A DNA stretch of 42,085 nt. Source: Macrostomum lignano. Taxonomy: Eukaryota. How positions within the stretch are numbered: position 1 is the stretch's first letter; each line of letters starts with the position of its first letter. This document shows positions 11,486 to 22,451 of this stretch, one piece after another. Position numbers and translations under genes: made by a program. The notes below the pieces were generated by a model, which saw only the letters and a list, made by a program, of their open reading frames with translations, was not told the DNA's origin and did not search any database. Location of the stretch: assembly GCA_002269645.1 (NCBI GenBank), contig NIVC01000789.1:1-42085 (forward strand). The letters run 5' to 3'.

Positions 11486-14400
11486 TCAAATTCCCGCCTC
11501 GCTGGCAGTCGAGTCTTCGGCATCGACAGCGCCATCCTGAGAGTCGAAGGAGCCCAGCGCGCCTGCCGGACGGCCTGGCGCGCTCGACGGGGCGCCGCTA
11601 GCGGAGGCAGCGTTGTGGGGCCGGCGAGTGTAGAACTCGTGCGCCTTGGCCAGGATTTGGCGCACGTCCGCGTACGGGTAATTCTGGGGGCGGTGGGTTG
11701 ATGATTGTTATAGCTGAACTTTTTGATGGTGAGGGAGGCTGGCCCAGCAACTGGGGATCTGGGAGGCTGGCCCAGCAACTGGGGATCTGGGAGGCTGGCC
11801 CAGCAACCGAGGATCTGGGAGGCTGGCCCAGCAACTGAGGATCTGGGAGGCTGGCCCAGCAACCGAGGACCTGGGAGGCTGGCCCAGCAACCGAGGATCT
11901 GGGAGGCTGGCCCAGCAACCGAGGATCTGGGAGGCTGGCCCAGCAACCGAGGATGTGGGAGGCTGACCCAGCAACTGAGGATCTGGGAGGCTGGCCCAGC
12001 AACTGAGGATCTGGGAGGCTGGCCCAGCAACTGAGGATCTGGGAGGCTGGCCCAGCAACCGAGGATCTGGGAGGCTGGCCCAGCAACCGAGGATGTGGGA
12101 GGCTGACCCAGCAACTGAGGATCTGGGAGGCTGGCCCAGCAACTGAGGATCTGGGAGGCTGGCCCAGCAACTGAGGATCTGGGAGGCTGGCCCAGCAACC
12201 GAGGATGTGGGAGGCTGACCCAGCAACTGAGGATCTGGGAGGCTGGCCCAGCAACTGAGGATCTGGGAGGCTGGCACTGCAACCGAGGATCTGGGAGGCT
12301 GGCACAGCAACCGAGGATTTGGGAGGCTGGCCCAGCAACCAAGGATCTGGGAGGCTGGCCCAGCAGCTAAGGATCTGGGAGGCTGGCCAAGCAACTGAGG
12401 ATCTGGGAGGCTGGCCCAGCAATTGAGGATCTGGGAGGCTGGCTCAGCAACTGAGGATCTGGGAGGCTGGCCCAGCAACTGAGAATCTGGGAGGCTGGCC
12501 CAGCAACTGAGGACCTGGGAGGCTGGCCCAGCAACCGAGGATCTGGGAGGCTGGCCCAGCAACCGAGGATCTGGGAGGCTGGCCCAGCAACTGAGGATCT
12601 GGGAGGCTGGCCCAGCAACTGAGGATCTGGGAGGCTGGCCCAGCAACTGAGGATCTGAGAGGCTGGCCCAGCAACTGAGGATCTGGGAGGCTGGCCCAGC
12701 AACCGAGGATCTGGGAACCTCGCCCAGCAACTGAGGATCTGAGAGGCTGGTGGCCCAGTAACTGAGGATCTGGGAGGCTGTTCAAGCAACTGAGGATCTG
12801 GGAGGCTGGCTCCGAAGCTGAGGATCTGGGAGGCTGTCCAAGCAACTGAGGATCTAGGGAGGCTGGCCCCGAAGCTGAGGATCTGGGATTGAGGCCAAGC
12901 AACTGAGGATCTGGGATTCTGGCCCAGTAACTGAGGATCTGGGATTGTGGCCCAGCAACTGAGGATCTGGGAGGCTGGCCCAGCAACTGAGCAACCAGCA
13001 CTCCATAGCCCAGTTGGCAGCTCACCTGCACCAGCCGCATGCAGTCGGAGAAGTCGGCAGCCAGCAGCTGGTCTCGGATAAGCACCAGCATGGCGCAGCA
13101 GACGTCCAGCAGGAAGTTGAACCGCTGTGGATCTGCCAGCAGGGAGTCCCACACGCGCAGCAGGTCGGGCAGGCGGAACTCCTGAGACAGCAGCAGGGTG
13201 AGGTAGCGGAAGGCGTAGAACTCCGACTTCAAGCCCAGCTGAGTGAGGCGACTGTGCAGCGGCAGGTCCAGCAGTCTCAGACGGGCCTGAAACTGGCGCA
13301 TGCGGCCCTGGATTCCGGACTGGCTGGAGTCCAGCTCCTTGATGAAGTGGTCGCGAATCTCCGACATTAGCGATGTGAAACAGAAGAACGCGTCCGGCTC
13401 TGCGTGGGCGGCCCAGTCCGGATTGGGATCGCTGGCCAGTACGTAGTAGATGGGACCGAGGACCTGCAAATGGGGAATTTTCATGACTGTTTCCCTGTTC
13501 CATTAAATTTTCAATGAGTTCTCACTGTTTGAGCAGCAGTCTCTGAGTCTCACTGTTTGAGCAGCAGTCTCTGAGTCTCACTGTTTGAGCAGCAGTCCCT
13601 GAGTTCTCACTGTTTGAGTAGCAGTCCCTGAGTCTCACTGTTTGAGCAGCAGTCCCTGAGTTCTCACTGTTTGAGTAGCAGTCCCTGAGTCTCACTGTTT
13701 GAGCAGCAGTCTCTGAGTCTCACTGTTTGAGCAGCAGTCTCTGAGTCTCACTGTTTGAGCAGCAGTCTCTGAGTCTCACTGTTTGAGCAGCAGTCCCTGA
13801 GTTCTCACTGTTTGAGTAGCAGTCCCTGAGTCTCACTGTTTGAGCAGCAGTCCCTGAGTTCTCACTGTTTGAGTAGCAGTCCCTGAGTCTCACTGTTTGA
13901 GCAGCAGTCCCTGAGTTCTCACTGTTTGAGTAGCAGTCCCTGAGTCTCACTGTTTGAGTAGCAGTCCCTGAGTTCTCACTGTTTGAGTAGCAGTCCCTGA
14001 GTTCTCACTGTTTGAGCAGCAGTCCCTGAGTTCTCACTGTTTGAGTAGCAGTCCCTGAGTTCTCACTGTTTGAGCAGCAGTCCCTGAGTTCTCACTGTTT
14101 GAGCAGCAGTCCCTGAGTTCTCACTGTTTGAGCAGCAGTCCCTGAGTTCTCACTGTTTGAGCAGCAGTCCCTGAGTTCTCACTGTTTGAGCAGCAGTCCC
14201 TGAGTTCTCACTGTTTGAGTAGCAGTCCCTGAGTTCTCACTGTTTGAGCAGCAGTCCCTGAGTTCTCACTGTTTGAGCAGCAGTCCCTGAGTTCTTACTG
14301 TTTGAGCAGCAGTCCCTGAGTTCTCACTGTTTGAGCAGCAGTCTCTGAGTCTCACTGTTTGAGCAGCAGTCTCTGAGTCTCACTGTTTGAGCAGCAGTCC

Positions 14401-17400
14401 CTGAGTTCTCACTGTTTGAGCAGCAGTCCCTGAGTTCTCACTGTTTGAGCAGCAGTCCCTGAGTTCTCACTGTTTGAGCAGCAGTCCCTGAGTTCTTACT
14501 GTTTGAGCAGCAGTCCCTGAGTTCTCACTGTTTGAGCAGCAGTCTCTGAGTCTCACTGTTTGAGCAGCAGTCTCTGAGTCTCACTGTTTGAGCAGCAGTC
14601 TCTGAGTCTCACTGTTTGAGCAGCAGTCTCTGAGCTCTCACTGTTTGAGCAGCAGTCTCTGAGTTCTCACTGTTTGAGCAGCAGTCCCTGAGTTCTCACT
14701 GCTTGAGCAGCAGTCTCTGAGTTCTTACTGTTTGAGCAGCAGTCTCTGAGTTCTTACTGTTTGAGCAGCAGTCTCTGAGTTCTCACTGTTTGAGCAGCAG
14801 TCCCTGAGTTCTCACTGCTTGAGCAGCAGTCTCTGAGTTCTTACTGTTTGAGCAGCAGTCCCTGAGTTCTCACTGCTTGAGCAGCAGTCTCTGAGTTCTC
14901 ACTGTTTGAACAGATTCAGATAGAATGCTCACCTCGTTCATTCCTTGTACGTAGCCCTGTCCAGGGTTGAGTTTAGTATAGAGAAACAGCAGCCGCTCGC
15001 AGACCTCCCAGTGGGCCTCCTGGCCCTCCGGCAGCCGAAACATGTCCGAGTTGCGCCGCCTGGCGGGCCGGGCCAGCAGGGTGTTGACGCCGAACTGGCT
15101 GCGGCCGAACGTCTGCGCCTCAAGCAGCCCGGTCTCTACGCGGTGCCGCAGCGAGGCTTGCCGTCGTCTCGGCCAGCTGGTGAAAAAAAGATTTTCATAT
15201 CCTAATGCACCTATCAGATTTGAACTTGTCAGATTCTAAATAAACAGCTGGATTGTCAGCACCCGCCAATGCCTGACAAGATTTGAACTTGTCAAATTCT
15301 AAATAAACAGCTGTATTGTCAGCACCCGCCGTCAATGCCTGACAAGATTTGAACTTGTCAGAATCTAAATAAACAGCTGGATTGTCAGCACCCGCCAATG
15401 CCTGACAAGATTTAATTTTATCAGATTCTAAATAAACAGCTGGATTGTCAGCACCCGCCGTCAATACCTGACAAGACTTGAATCTTAACTAATTTGCCAC
15501 AGATTCGTTTTTTGCAGAATACAATTTTCTATTTTTGCATATTGGCCCATTTTTTTATTTGCGGTCGAAATTGTGTCTTGAGTCCTATTTTTAGGTGCAA
15601 TTTTTAAGTTGGGAATAGGTCCCTGGCATTAATTAGTTCAGAATACCTAGGCCAACAACCTACCGACTAGCCTGCTGAAAGAAGTTCAGATCGGGGCACA
15701 GCCGGCGGCAATCCTTGTCAATCTGCTGCAGAGTCTCGTTATCCTCGAAGTGCTTGGCCCACTGGCTGTTGGGATTCAAATTCAGCGGATGATCGCCGCC
15801 GGAGCCTTCAACACTGGCGCCCTGGCGTTCCTCATCCGGCTGCAGGATGACTTCTTCGACGTACTGATCGTAGAGGCTGCGCATTTTGGCCAGGTGAGCA
15901 GGCCACTCGGCCGGTCTGGGGTCCAGGTAGCCGAGCAGCAGGCGCCAGGTGACTGCCCGATGGCTGCCGCACTCGGGACAGCCGTTGAAGGCTTCGTCGC
16001 GAAGGCGATGCAAATCCAGCGGATTCTTGGAGAAGATGTTCTCAAATATGGCAGCTCTGTGGTTGGTGTAGAATGGAATTTAAAACAACTGATATTGATA
16101 TATTAAACTGATGAAGCACCTGACTGATACAAAGATTGTAGCAATTGCAAAATGAGATGTTTTACAAGCTCAAAATTTTACAAGTTTGAAACTTCATAAC
16201 AACTTTAAATAAGTTACAAAGCTAGTATAATTTTTGATGTTATATCTATACATGTATAGTCCAGATTGCTAGCTAGTTTAGGCCTAGGTAAATAGATGAT
16301 AGAAACAATGCTGCGGGCTGGCTTCTGCCCGAGCAGATTGAACTTTAATTTGTAATTGCCATAGACAAGTTTATTTGCCTGTACTGCGATTAGTTGGCGC
16401 AAGTGTCAAAGAGCCTTCGTGACAAAAAATAGAAATACATAAGTATTCAAGAAGACTCTGATAAGAGCAACGGCTGCAAGAGCCGAGAGTGCACGGCACA
16501 CAACTTGCGTAAATATAACGCAATACAAAAGACAGACTTGTAACAGTGGCGTCGCAAGCAGGATGAAGAGCGGTGTGAAACAACCGTCGGCTACTGACAA
16601 GTCTCCTGCTTCGCCGCTCAAACACGCCAAAATGGTGGTGATGGCGGATGCTGAAGCACAAAGTCAGCCAATAAAAGGCTCGGATGGACCAGCGCGTGCG
16701 GTAGCTGGAGCTATGGAAATCGAGCGCCTGGAGTTAGGAAACAACTACTCCCGGTGGCTGGACAGATTTACAATCGTCGCGAAGTTCTACAGATGGGACT
16801 CGACGGCGAAGGCTCAGATACTTCTGATGCGTCTCTCGACAGCATTGTACGACACGCTCGCAGATCAAGCTTCTCCGAAGAAACCAAGTGAGTTGTCTTA
16901 CTCGGAGATAGAAACAGCTCTGACAAGCATCCTGGTCCCAGCTACGTTTGTTCTGGCGGAAAGATACTCTTTCCAGCTGTGCTCTCGAAAGTCAGGGGAA
17001 AGCGTTCGCACATATGCGGAGCGAGTCCTCAAGGCTGCGGAGAAGTGCGAATTTATAAACAAGGACGAGCGTCTGAGAGACCAATTTATTTGCGGACTGG
17101 CTGACCAAAACGTCATCGGCAAGCTGCTGGTCAAGGACCATCTGAGGCTCAGCTTCAAGGAGGCAGTTGCTGAGGCTGAAGCACATTCAGCATTAGTCTC
17201 AACGGACATCATGAAGAGTGCCCCGAAATCTGAAAATTCTGGGATAATGAGCATTGGAATGTTAAAATCGTCATCAAAACCGCGGATCAAGGGAGTGAAT
17301 CGACAACAGTCACAGACTCAAAGCTCATCAAAATGCTCGCGCTGTGGAACAAGCCACGGAAAAGACGCGTGTCCAGCTTATGGAAAGACATGTCGTAAGT

Positions 17401-20400
17401 GTGGGAAGCAGAACCATTTTCAGAAAATGTGCCGCTCAAAGTTTGTTGTCCCGAACCAGAAAAACACAGCTGCAGTTCAGCACTTAGACGAGCACTCGCA
17501 GTCAGATCATGTCTTCATGGTTGGTGCAACTTCAAGGCAACCTTTGTCTACGGCTGCAGTCACAGTGACCCTTGACTTCATATCATCAAGTGATAAGGTA
17601 TCAATTCCGTGCCAGGTGGATACTGGGGCAGCAGTTTCAGTTATGTCTGACCGGGTCTGGAAGCAAATCGGCACCCCTGAACTGCAGCCTAGCAGCATCA
17701 CTTTGACAGGATATACCGACGCGCATCAATTCAAAATGTTGGGCCATTTCATCAGCAAAGTGAGTTACCAAGGAAAAGTGCACCGAATACCATTCAAAGT
17801 GGTTCGTTCTGATCGATCGTTTGCTCTACTCGGCAGGGACATTTTGACCATAGAAATAGATTTCAGCAAGGCTGATGGAAGCGAAGCGACTAGAGTATTC
17901 AGAGCGAGACTAGAATTGATTCCGGATGCTCAGCCAAAGTACATCAAGGCACGGTCGATCCCTTTTGCCTATAAAGATCGACTGAAAGATGAGATTGACA
18001 AGTTGCTAGCTGAGGGAATCATTGAGCCAGTGACTTTTTCTCAATGGGCCTCACCAATTGTCATCGTTCCTAAGGCTGATGGTAGGCTGAGACTCTGTGT
18101 GGACTACAAGCAAACATTGAATCCACAGCTCATGAAGGACAGTCATCCAACACCGACCCCGGAAGAAGCTTTCAGTACAGTAGCAGGATGCCGAATGTAC
18201 ACCATCTTGGACTTAAAAGCAGCGTACAACCAGGTGGAATTGGAGGAGGACTCAAAGCCTCTCACGGTCATGTCTACACCTTTCGGCAACTACCAGTACA
18301 ACCGTCTGGTGTTTGGGATACGGACTGCTCCAAGTATTTTCCAGCGCTACATCAGTCAGGTCATACAGGATGTTGATGGTGCAATTGCCTACATCGATGA
18401 CATTTTAATTGGTGGTGAGTCAGAGAAGCAGCTTAAGGATCGTGAGAGTCAAGTGCGAGAGCGTCTGGAACAACATGGCCTCAAGGTCAACGAAGAGAAA
18501 TGCCAGATTTGTCAGTCTCGGGTTCGCTTTCTCGGGTTTATCCTGGACAATGGCATGATCCTGCCCGACCCGGAGAAAGTGAGAGCCCTGCAAGAAATGG
18601 AGACTCCCAAGACGATGGCAGAACTAGAATCGCTCATCGGACTCGTCAGGTTCAGTGGCCGGTTTGTGCCCAATCTGTCGCACTACCTGGAGCCGTTGAC
18701 TCGATTAATGCGCGGCAGAAGAGAATTCCAATGGGATTCTGAGCAAGATGAAGCTTTTCAGCGTATCAAGTCCATGCTGACAGAAGATTCAGCTCTGGCT
18801 AATTACGACCCCAAGAAACCTGTGGCTCTGGAGTGTGATGCTTCCCAAAAAGGACTGGGCGGAGTTCTGATTCAAGGCAACACACCAGTTTTGTACATCA
18901 GCAAGAGGTTATCAGAAGCCGAGAAGAAGTATTCTCAGATCGAAAGGGAGGCCCTTGCAATTGTCTGGTCAACTCAGAGGTGTCAGCGGTTCTTAGCGGG
19001 ACGTCATTTCAAGCTGATCACGGATCACAGACCATTAACCTACATCTTTGGGCCGAACGAGGGCTTGCCTACGCGCGTATCAGCACGCCTTCAAAGATGG
19101 GCCATATCGCTAATGGCTTTTGACTACACCATCGAGTATCAACGGTCGCAGCTTATGAAATCAGACGCTCTGTCCCGGTTGCTTAACAACGAGACGGCTC
19201 GGACGTATACAATCGGGAGCATCCAACTACCCTCAACAATCATATCCATTCAAGAGGTTAGAGACCAATCACAGGATTGCCCAGAGATCGTTCTGTTAAA
19301 AAAAGCTATCCGGACGAGCAACTTTAGCGACCTGAGAATCCGCCCCTACAAGGCAGTCGCGGACGAACTGACGATCGAGTCGGACGTGGTACTCCGGGAG
19401 ATGCGAGTCATTCTTCCAAAGACGTTGCGGTTATCGGCAGTCCAAACGGCACACAGCACACATCTAGGCATTGACCAAACCAAGTCACTGTTAAGAGCAC
19501 AATTTTGGTGGCCCGGCTTGGATCGAGATGTAAAACAACTCATCGGAAATTGCAAGACGTGCAAAATGGTCAAGGCTAGCAATCGAAACTACCTAAAATC
19601 TTGGCCGACAGCAATGGACGCTGGAGAGCGCGTACATGCGGATTTTGCGGGTCCAATAGATGGCCAATATTTGTTGGTGCTGGTGGACGCCATGTCGAAC
19701 TACCCTGAGGTGCATCTGACCGCCAACATGGAGTCATCTACAGTCATCTCTAGGCTACGGAGAACTTTTTCGCAGTGGGGTGTGCCAAGGACACTTGTCA
19801 CCGACAACGGCCCAAGCTTCGTCTCAGCTGAAACAACACAGTGGCTGAAAGCAATCGGGTGCAGCCATGTGACCACACCTCCATATCACCCTCAGAGCAA
19901 CGGACTCGCAGAGAGATTTGTCCGCACAATGAAAGAATCTGTATCAGCGTTGGGTCTGAGTCAACACAACATTGACAAGTTCCTACTGTTCTACCGATCA
20001 TCCAAAGGAAACAATGGTCGCACACCGTCGGAGAAGTTTCTAGGTCGAAACATCCGGACTCCTTTGATGACAGAGTTTACTGGAGATGACAATGTGGTGT
20101 ACAGGACACAAGGAGCTACGTCACTAGCCAGAATCGTCCTGCCTACAGGCCGCAACACGGCAATCATCAAGCTTGAGAACGGCTTGTACAAGAAGGCTCA
20201 CAGAGACCAGATACAGAGCTTCAAGGGCAGCGATGACAAGGACGTTGGCCCGGAACAAGCTACCACTGGTGCTGCTGGTGAGGTCGATCACCCTCTAGCT
20301 ATGCGCCCTGGAGAAGAGGAGTGGGAGCAGCAGCAGCAGCAACCCAGAAGAAGTGAAAGACTGAGGAACAGACCGACTGTGAATTATAAGGAGTGAACTG

Positions 20401-22124
20401 TAATTTTGAAGCAGGGAGGTGCTGCGGGCTGGCTTCTGCCCGAGCAGATTGAACTTTAATTTGTAATTGCCATAGACAAGTTTATTTGCCTGTACTGCGA
20501 TTAGTTGGCGCAAGTGTCAAAGAGCCTTCGTGACAAAAAATAGAAATACATAAGTATTCAAGAAGACTCTGATAAGAGCAACGGCTGCAAGAGCCGAGAG
20601 TGCACGGCACACAACTTGCGTAAATATAACGCAATACAAAAGACAGACTTGTAACAAACAAAACTATTTAAATAATAGATTTATAGTTAATATTTGCTAT
20701 TAAAAATTTTATACTACACATTTAATATTGCTTCTTTAAAACTAATATTCTAGAAAACATTGTCTTGTTCAACTTTTAAAAGCTACCTAATATTAGCAAA
20801 AGTGTTTTGCTATAAATAGGGTCTTCAGTAGTGAGATTTTGAAAGTTTTTTTTGTATTTTTGATACATACAAAGAGTGTTTTAAAAGTAATGAGAATTTT
20901 GTTATAACTTTTGATTGGATGAACATATGAACCTGAAATTTTCACCCAACAATTTTACATATATGAACAATTAATAGCTTTATTTTAAGCCTTACATAGC
21001 TGCATGCAACTGTATAATTGTAAATGAAAAATCATGCCTCAAAATTTTAAATTATGATTTTTGTCTCATAATTTTTTTCTTGTAAAAGAAAAATACACTA
21101 TCGGTTGATTGGTGCCTTTTAAGTGCTATATTTGAATTTTTTTTTGGTCATATCTCTCTTAATATTTATCCTACAGTGTTTATATTCATGTTCATTTCAT
21201 AAAGGCGCATTAAAAAAATGCATTTAGAATTGCGCAAAATGCAATACAAAAAGTTATTCAACTTTTAAATTTTTACATGGGCCAAGTAAGAACAATAAAT
21301 TTTTTTCTTACAAAGCAGTTTTTTGGACTTTTAACTATCTAACTTTGCATTTCTATCATTAAAGTTTGTTTAAATGGCCCTTTTAGCATGAAAAATGAAT
21401 CCGTTTAAAGTAGTATTTCATAGCACCAATTTACATGTATACAAAAAATGTACAATGTTTAAATGATCACTTCTCTTAAAATATTTAGTTTTTTTGTTTA
21501 GGAGTTATTTCACTTGAAAGATATATTTCTCTAGTTTTGATACATATTATAGATTTTTATAAAACCAGTTCAACACATAGCAATTGAATTTTAAAGTTTT
21601 AAGATTTTTTGTTTTTTCTGCAACATTTTCAACTTTCAAAATCTCACTAAAGTCCCTACTAAAAATTCGAAATCAATAAAATAAGTCAATTTTAAGCTCT
21701 ATCTAGATGTCTAGATGACTTTTTAAACATTGTCTAGACATTTAGAAGTGACCTATTTAGCTTAGGTTCATAGCAAAACAGTATGTTTAGAAGTAATAGG
21801 CCTAGTTTAGAATATCATTAAAAATATAGAATTAAAGATTAGACAAGATCTAAATTTCAATTGTAAGATTTTAAATATTTAGGTTTTTAAATGCTAAAAA
21901 TCTAAAACTAAAGCTATATTGATTTGCACACATTTGTACAAGTCCTAAATGTTGACTGAATCTCAATCATCTTAACTCAGATATACCTATAACCTCGACC
22001 ACAAATTTTGAAAATCTGATAGTGATGTTGTCTGCTTAATAAATGCAATAATTATTTTCAAATCTGAAGAATTCAATAATAAATAAATAATTTCAATTCA
22101 AAGTTAAACTTACCTCATCTCCAT
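11486..22124 (-). CDS. TBC1D13: TBC1 domain family member 13 (Rab-GAP); complement join(22124..22114,16056..15664,15176..14933,13463..13026,11683..11486), ~427 aa
   Basis: Diagnostic motifs DHPLNLNPNSQW, QIDKDCRRLCPDLNFFQ, EAHWEVCERLLFLYTKLNPGQGYVQGMNE|VLGPIYYV, EFYAFRYLTLLLSQEF, VWDSLLADPQRF, NYPYADVRQIL. All junctions are GT-AG and phase-consistent. The 11-nt first exon (ATGGAGATGAG|gtaagt) is a lower-confidence inference. Confidence 0.93.
11733..12990. repeat. Minisatellite, 28-bp unit GCAACTGAGGATCTGGGAGGCTGGCCCA, filling TBC1D13 intron 4
   Basis: About 45 copies occupying about 94% of the 1342-bp intron. Confidence 0.95.
13517..14908. repeat. Minisatellite, 28-29-bp unit CTCACTGTTTGAGCAGCAGTCCCTGAGT(T), filling TBC1D13 intron 3
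   Basis: About 48 tandem copies read directly. Confidence 0.95.
15212..15483. repeat. 63-66-bp tandem repeat (about 4 copies) in TBC1D13 intron 2
   Basis: Unit GACAAGATTTGAACTTGTCAGATTCTAAATAAACAGCTGGATTGTCAGCACCCGCCAATGCCT with an internal TGACAAG/CTTGTCA inverted repeat. Confidence 0.9.
16309..16545 (+). repeat. 5' LTR (237 bp)
   Basis: TGCTGCGGGC...GACTTGTAACA; no difference from the 3' LTR seen by eye. Confidence 0.95.
16547..16563 (+). other. Primer-binding site TGGCGTCGCAAGCAGGA (probably tRNA-Ser type)
   Basis: 1 nt after the 5' LTR and starts with TGG. The TGGCG..G..AGCAGGA pattern resembles tRNA-Ser 3'-end complements; tRNA identity is inferred. Overlaps the gag ATG. Confidence 0.75.
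16563..20396 (+). CDS. Gag-Pol polyprotein, 1277 aa
   Basis: Two Cys/His knuckles (CSRCGTSHGKDAC; CRKCGKQNHFQKMC), protease VDTGAA, RT (LCVDYK, YIDD), RNase H (LECDAS, YSQIEREALA), integrase (H..STH..CKTC; HADFAGP, VTDNG, NGLAERFV). The PR-RT-RH-IN order indicates Ty3/Gypsy. Confidence 0.97.
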   Translation: MKSGVKQPSATDKSPASPLKHAKMVVMADAEAQSQPIKGSDGPARAVAGAMEIERLELGNNYSRWLDRFTIVAKFYRWDSTAKAQILLMRLSTALYDTLADQASPKKPSELSYSEIETALTSILVPATFVLAERYSFQLCSRKSGESVRTYAERVLKAAEKCEFINKDERLRDQFICGLADQNVIGKLLVKDHLRLSFKEAVAEAEAHSALVSTDIMKSAPKSENSGIMSIGMLKSSSKPRIKGVNRQQSQTQSSSKCSRCGTSHGKDACPAYGKTCRKCGKQNHFQKMCRSKFVVPNQKNTAAVQHLDEHSQSDHVFMVGATSRQPLSTAAVTVTLDFISSSDKVSIPCQVDTGAAVSVMSDRVWKQIGTPELQPSSITLTGYTDAHQFKMLGHFISKVSYQGKVHRIPFKVVRSDRSFALLGRDILTIEIDFSKADGSEATRVFRARLELIPDAQPKYIKARSIPFAYKDRLKDEIDKLLAEGIIEPVTFSQWASPIVIVPKADGRLRLCVDYKQTLNPQLMKDSHPTPTPEEAFSTVAGCRMYTILDLKAAYNQVELEEDSKPLTVMSTPFGNYQYNRLVFGIRTAPSIFQRYISQVIQDVDGAIAYIDDILIGGESEKQLKDRESQVRERLEQHGLKVNEEKCQICQSRVRFLGFILDNGMILPDPEKVRALQEMETPKTMAELESLIGLVRFSGRFVPNLSHYLEPLTRLMRGRREFQWDSEQDEAFQRIKSMLTEDSALANYDPKKPVALECDASQKGLGGVLIQGNTPVLYISKRLSEAEKKYSQIEREALAIVWSTQRCQRFLAGRHFKLITDHRPLTYIFGPNEGLPTRVSARLQRWAISLMAFDYTIEYQRSQLMKSDALSRLLNNETARTYTIGSIQLPSTIISIQEVRDQSQDCPEIVLLKKAIRTSNFSDLRIRPYKAVADELTIESDVVLREMRVILPKTLRLSAVQTAHSTHLGIDQTKSLLRAQFWWPGLDRDVKQLIGNCKTCKMVKASNRNYLKSWPTAMDAGERVHADFAGPIDGQYLLVLVDAMSNYPEVHLTANMESSTVISRLRRTFSQWGVPRTLVTDNGPSFVSAETTQWLKAIGCSHVTTPPYHPQSNGLAERFVRTMKESVSALGLSQHNIDKFLLFYRSSKGNNGRTPSEKFLGRNIRTPLMTEFTGDDNVVYRTQGATSLARIVLPTGRNTAIIKLENGLYKKAHRDQIQSFKGSDDKDVGPEQATTGAAGEVDHPLAMRPGEEEWEQQQQQPRRSERLRNRPTVNYKE
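20408..20419 (+). other. Polypurine tract GAAGCAGGGAGG
   Basis: Immediately precedes the 3' LTR. Confidence 0.8.
20420..20656 (+). repeat. 3' LTR (237 bp)
   Basis: Direct repeat of 16309-16545, followed by the TSD AACAA. Confidence 0.95.
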
Positions 22125-22451
22125 CGTATAAATTATTTTTATATTCTATTATTCAATTGCTTGACTAAATGGATAACTGTTTTTCAGTTTCAAAAGTGTT
22201 AAGAAAACAGTAATTATCGATAAAGGTGATAATTTATTTTTATTTTATTTGGTATGCTGTTGACTATACTCTTTGTATGAAGGTACTTTTCAATGTCGTT
22301 GTCGACTAACAGATAGTGCGATTACCAAATCACATGATTGACTACGTACCTACGTGTCTTCCTTTTCATTCTAGGAAAATAGTTAAGTTAAAATTCTATC
22401 CCGAACTCTGTCAGAATAACAATAAGGAATATTAGCAAGGATTTTTAAACA

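Larger units (their letters stand above)
16309..20656 (+). mobile_element. Full-length Ty3/Gypsy LTR retrotransposon, Mag-like, antisense in TBC1D13 intron 1
   Basis: Two 237-bp TG...CA LTRs, 5-bp TSD AACAA (16304-16308, 20657-20661), PBS, PPT and a single intact gag-pol ORF. Confidence 0.97.

Noticed and set aside
3417-14908. CRISPR-like arrays (28-31-bp repeats)
   Set aside because: The repeats are head-to-tail with no unique spacers, lie in spliceosomal introns, and there are no cas genes.
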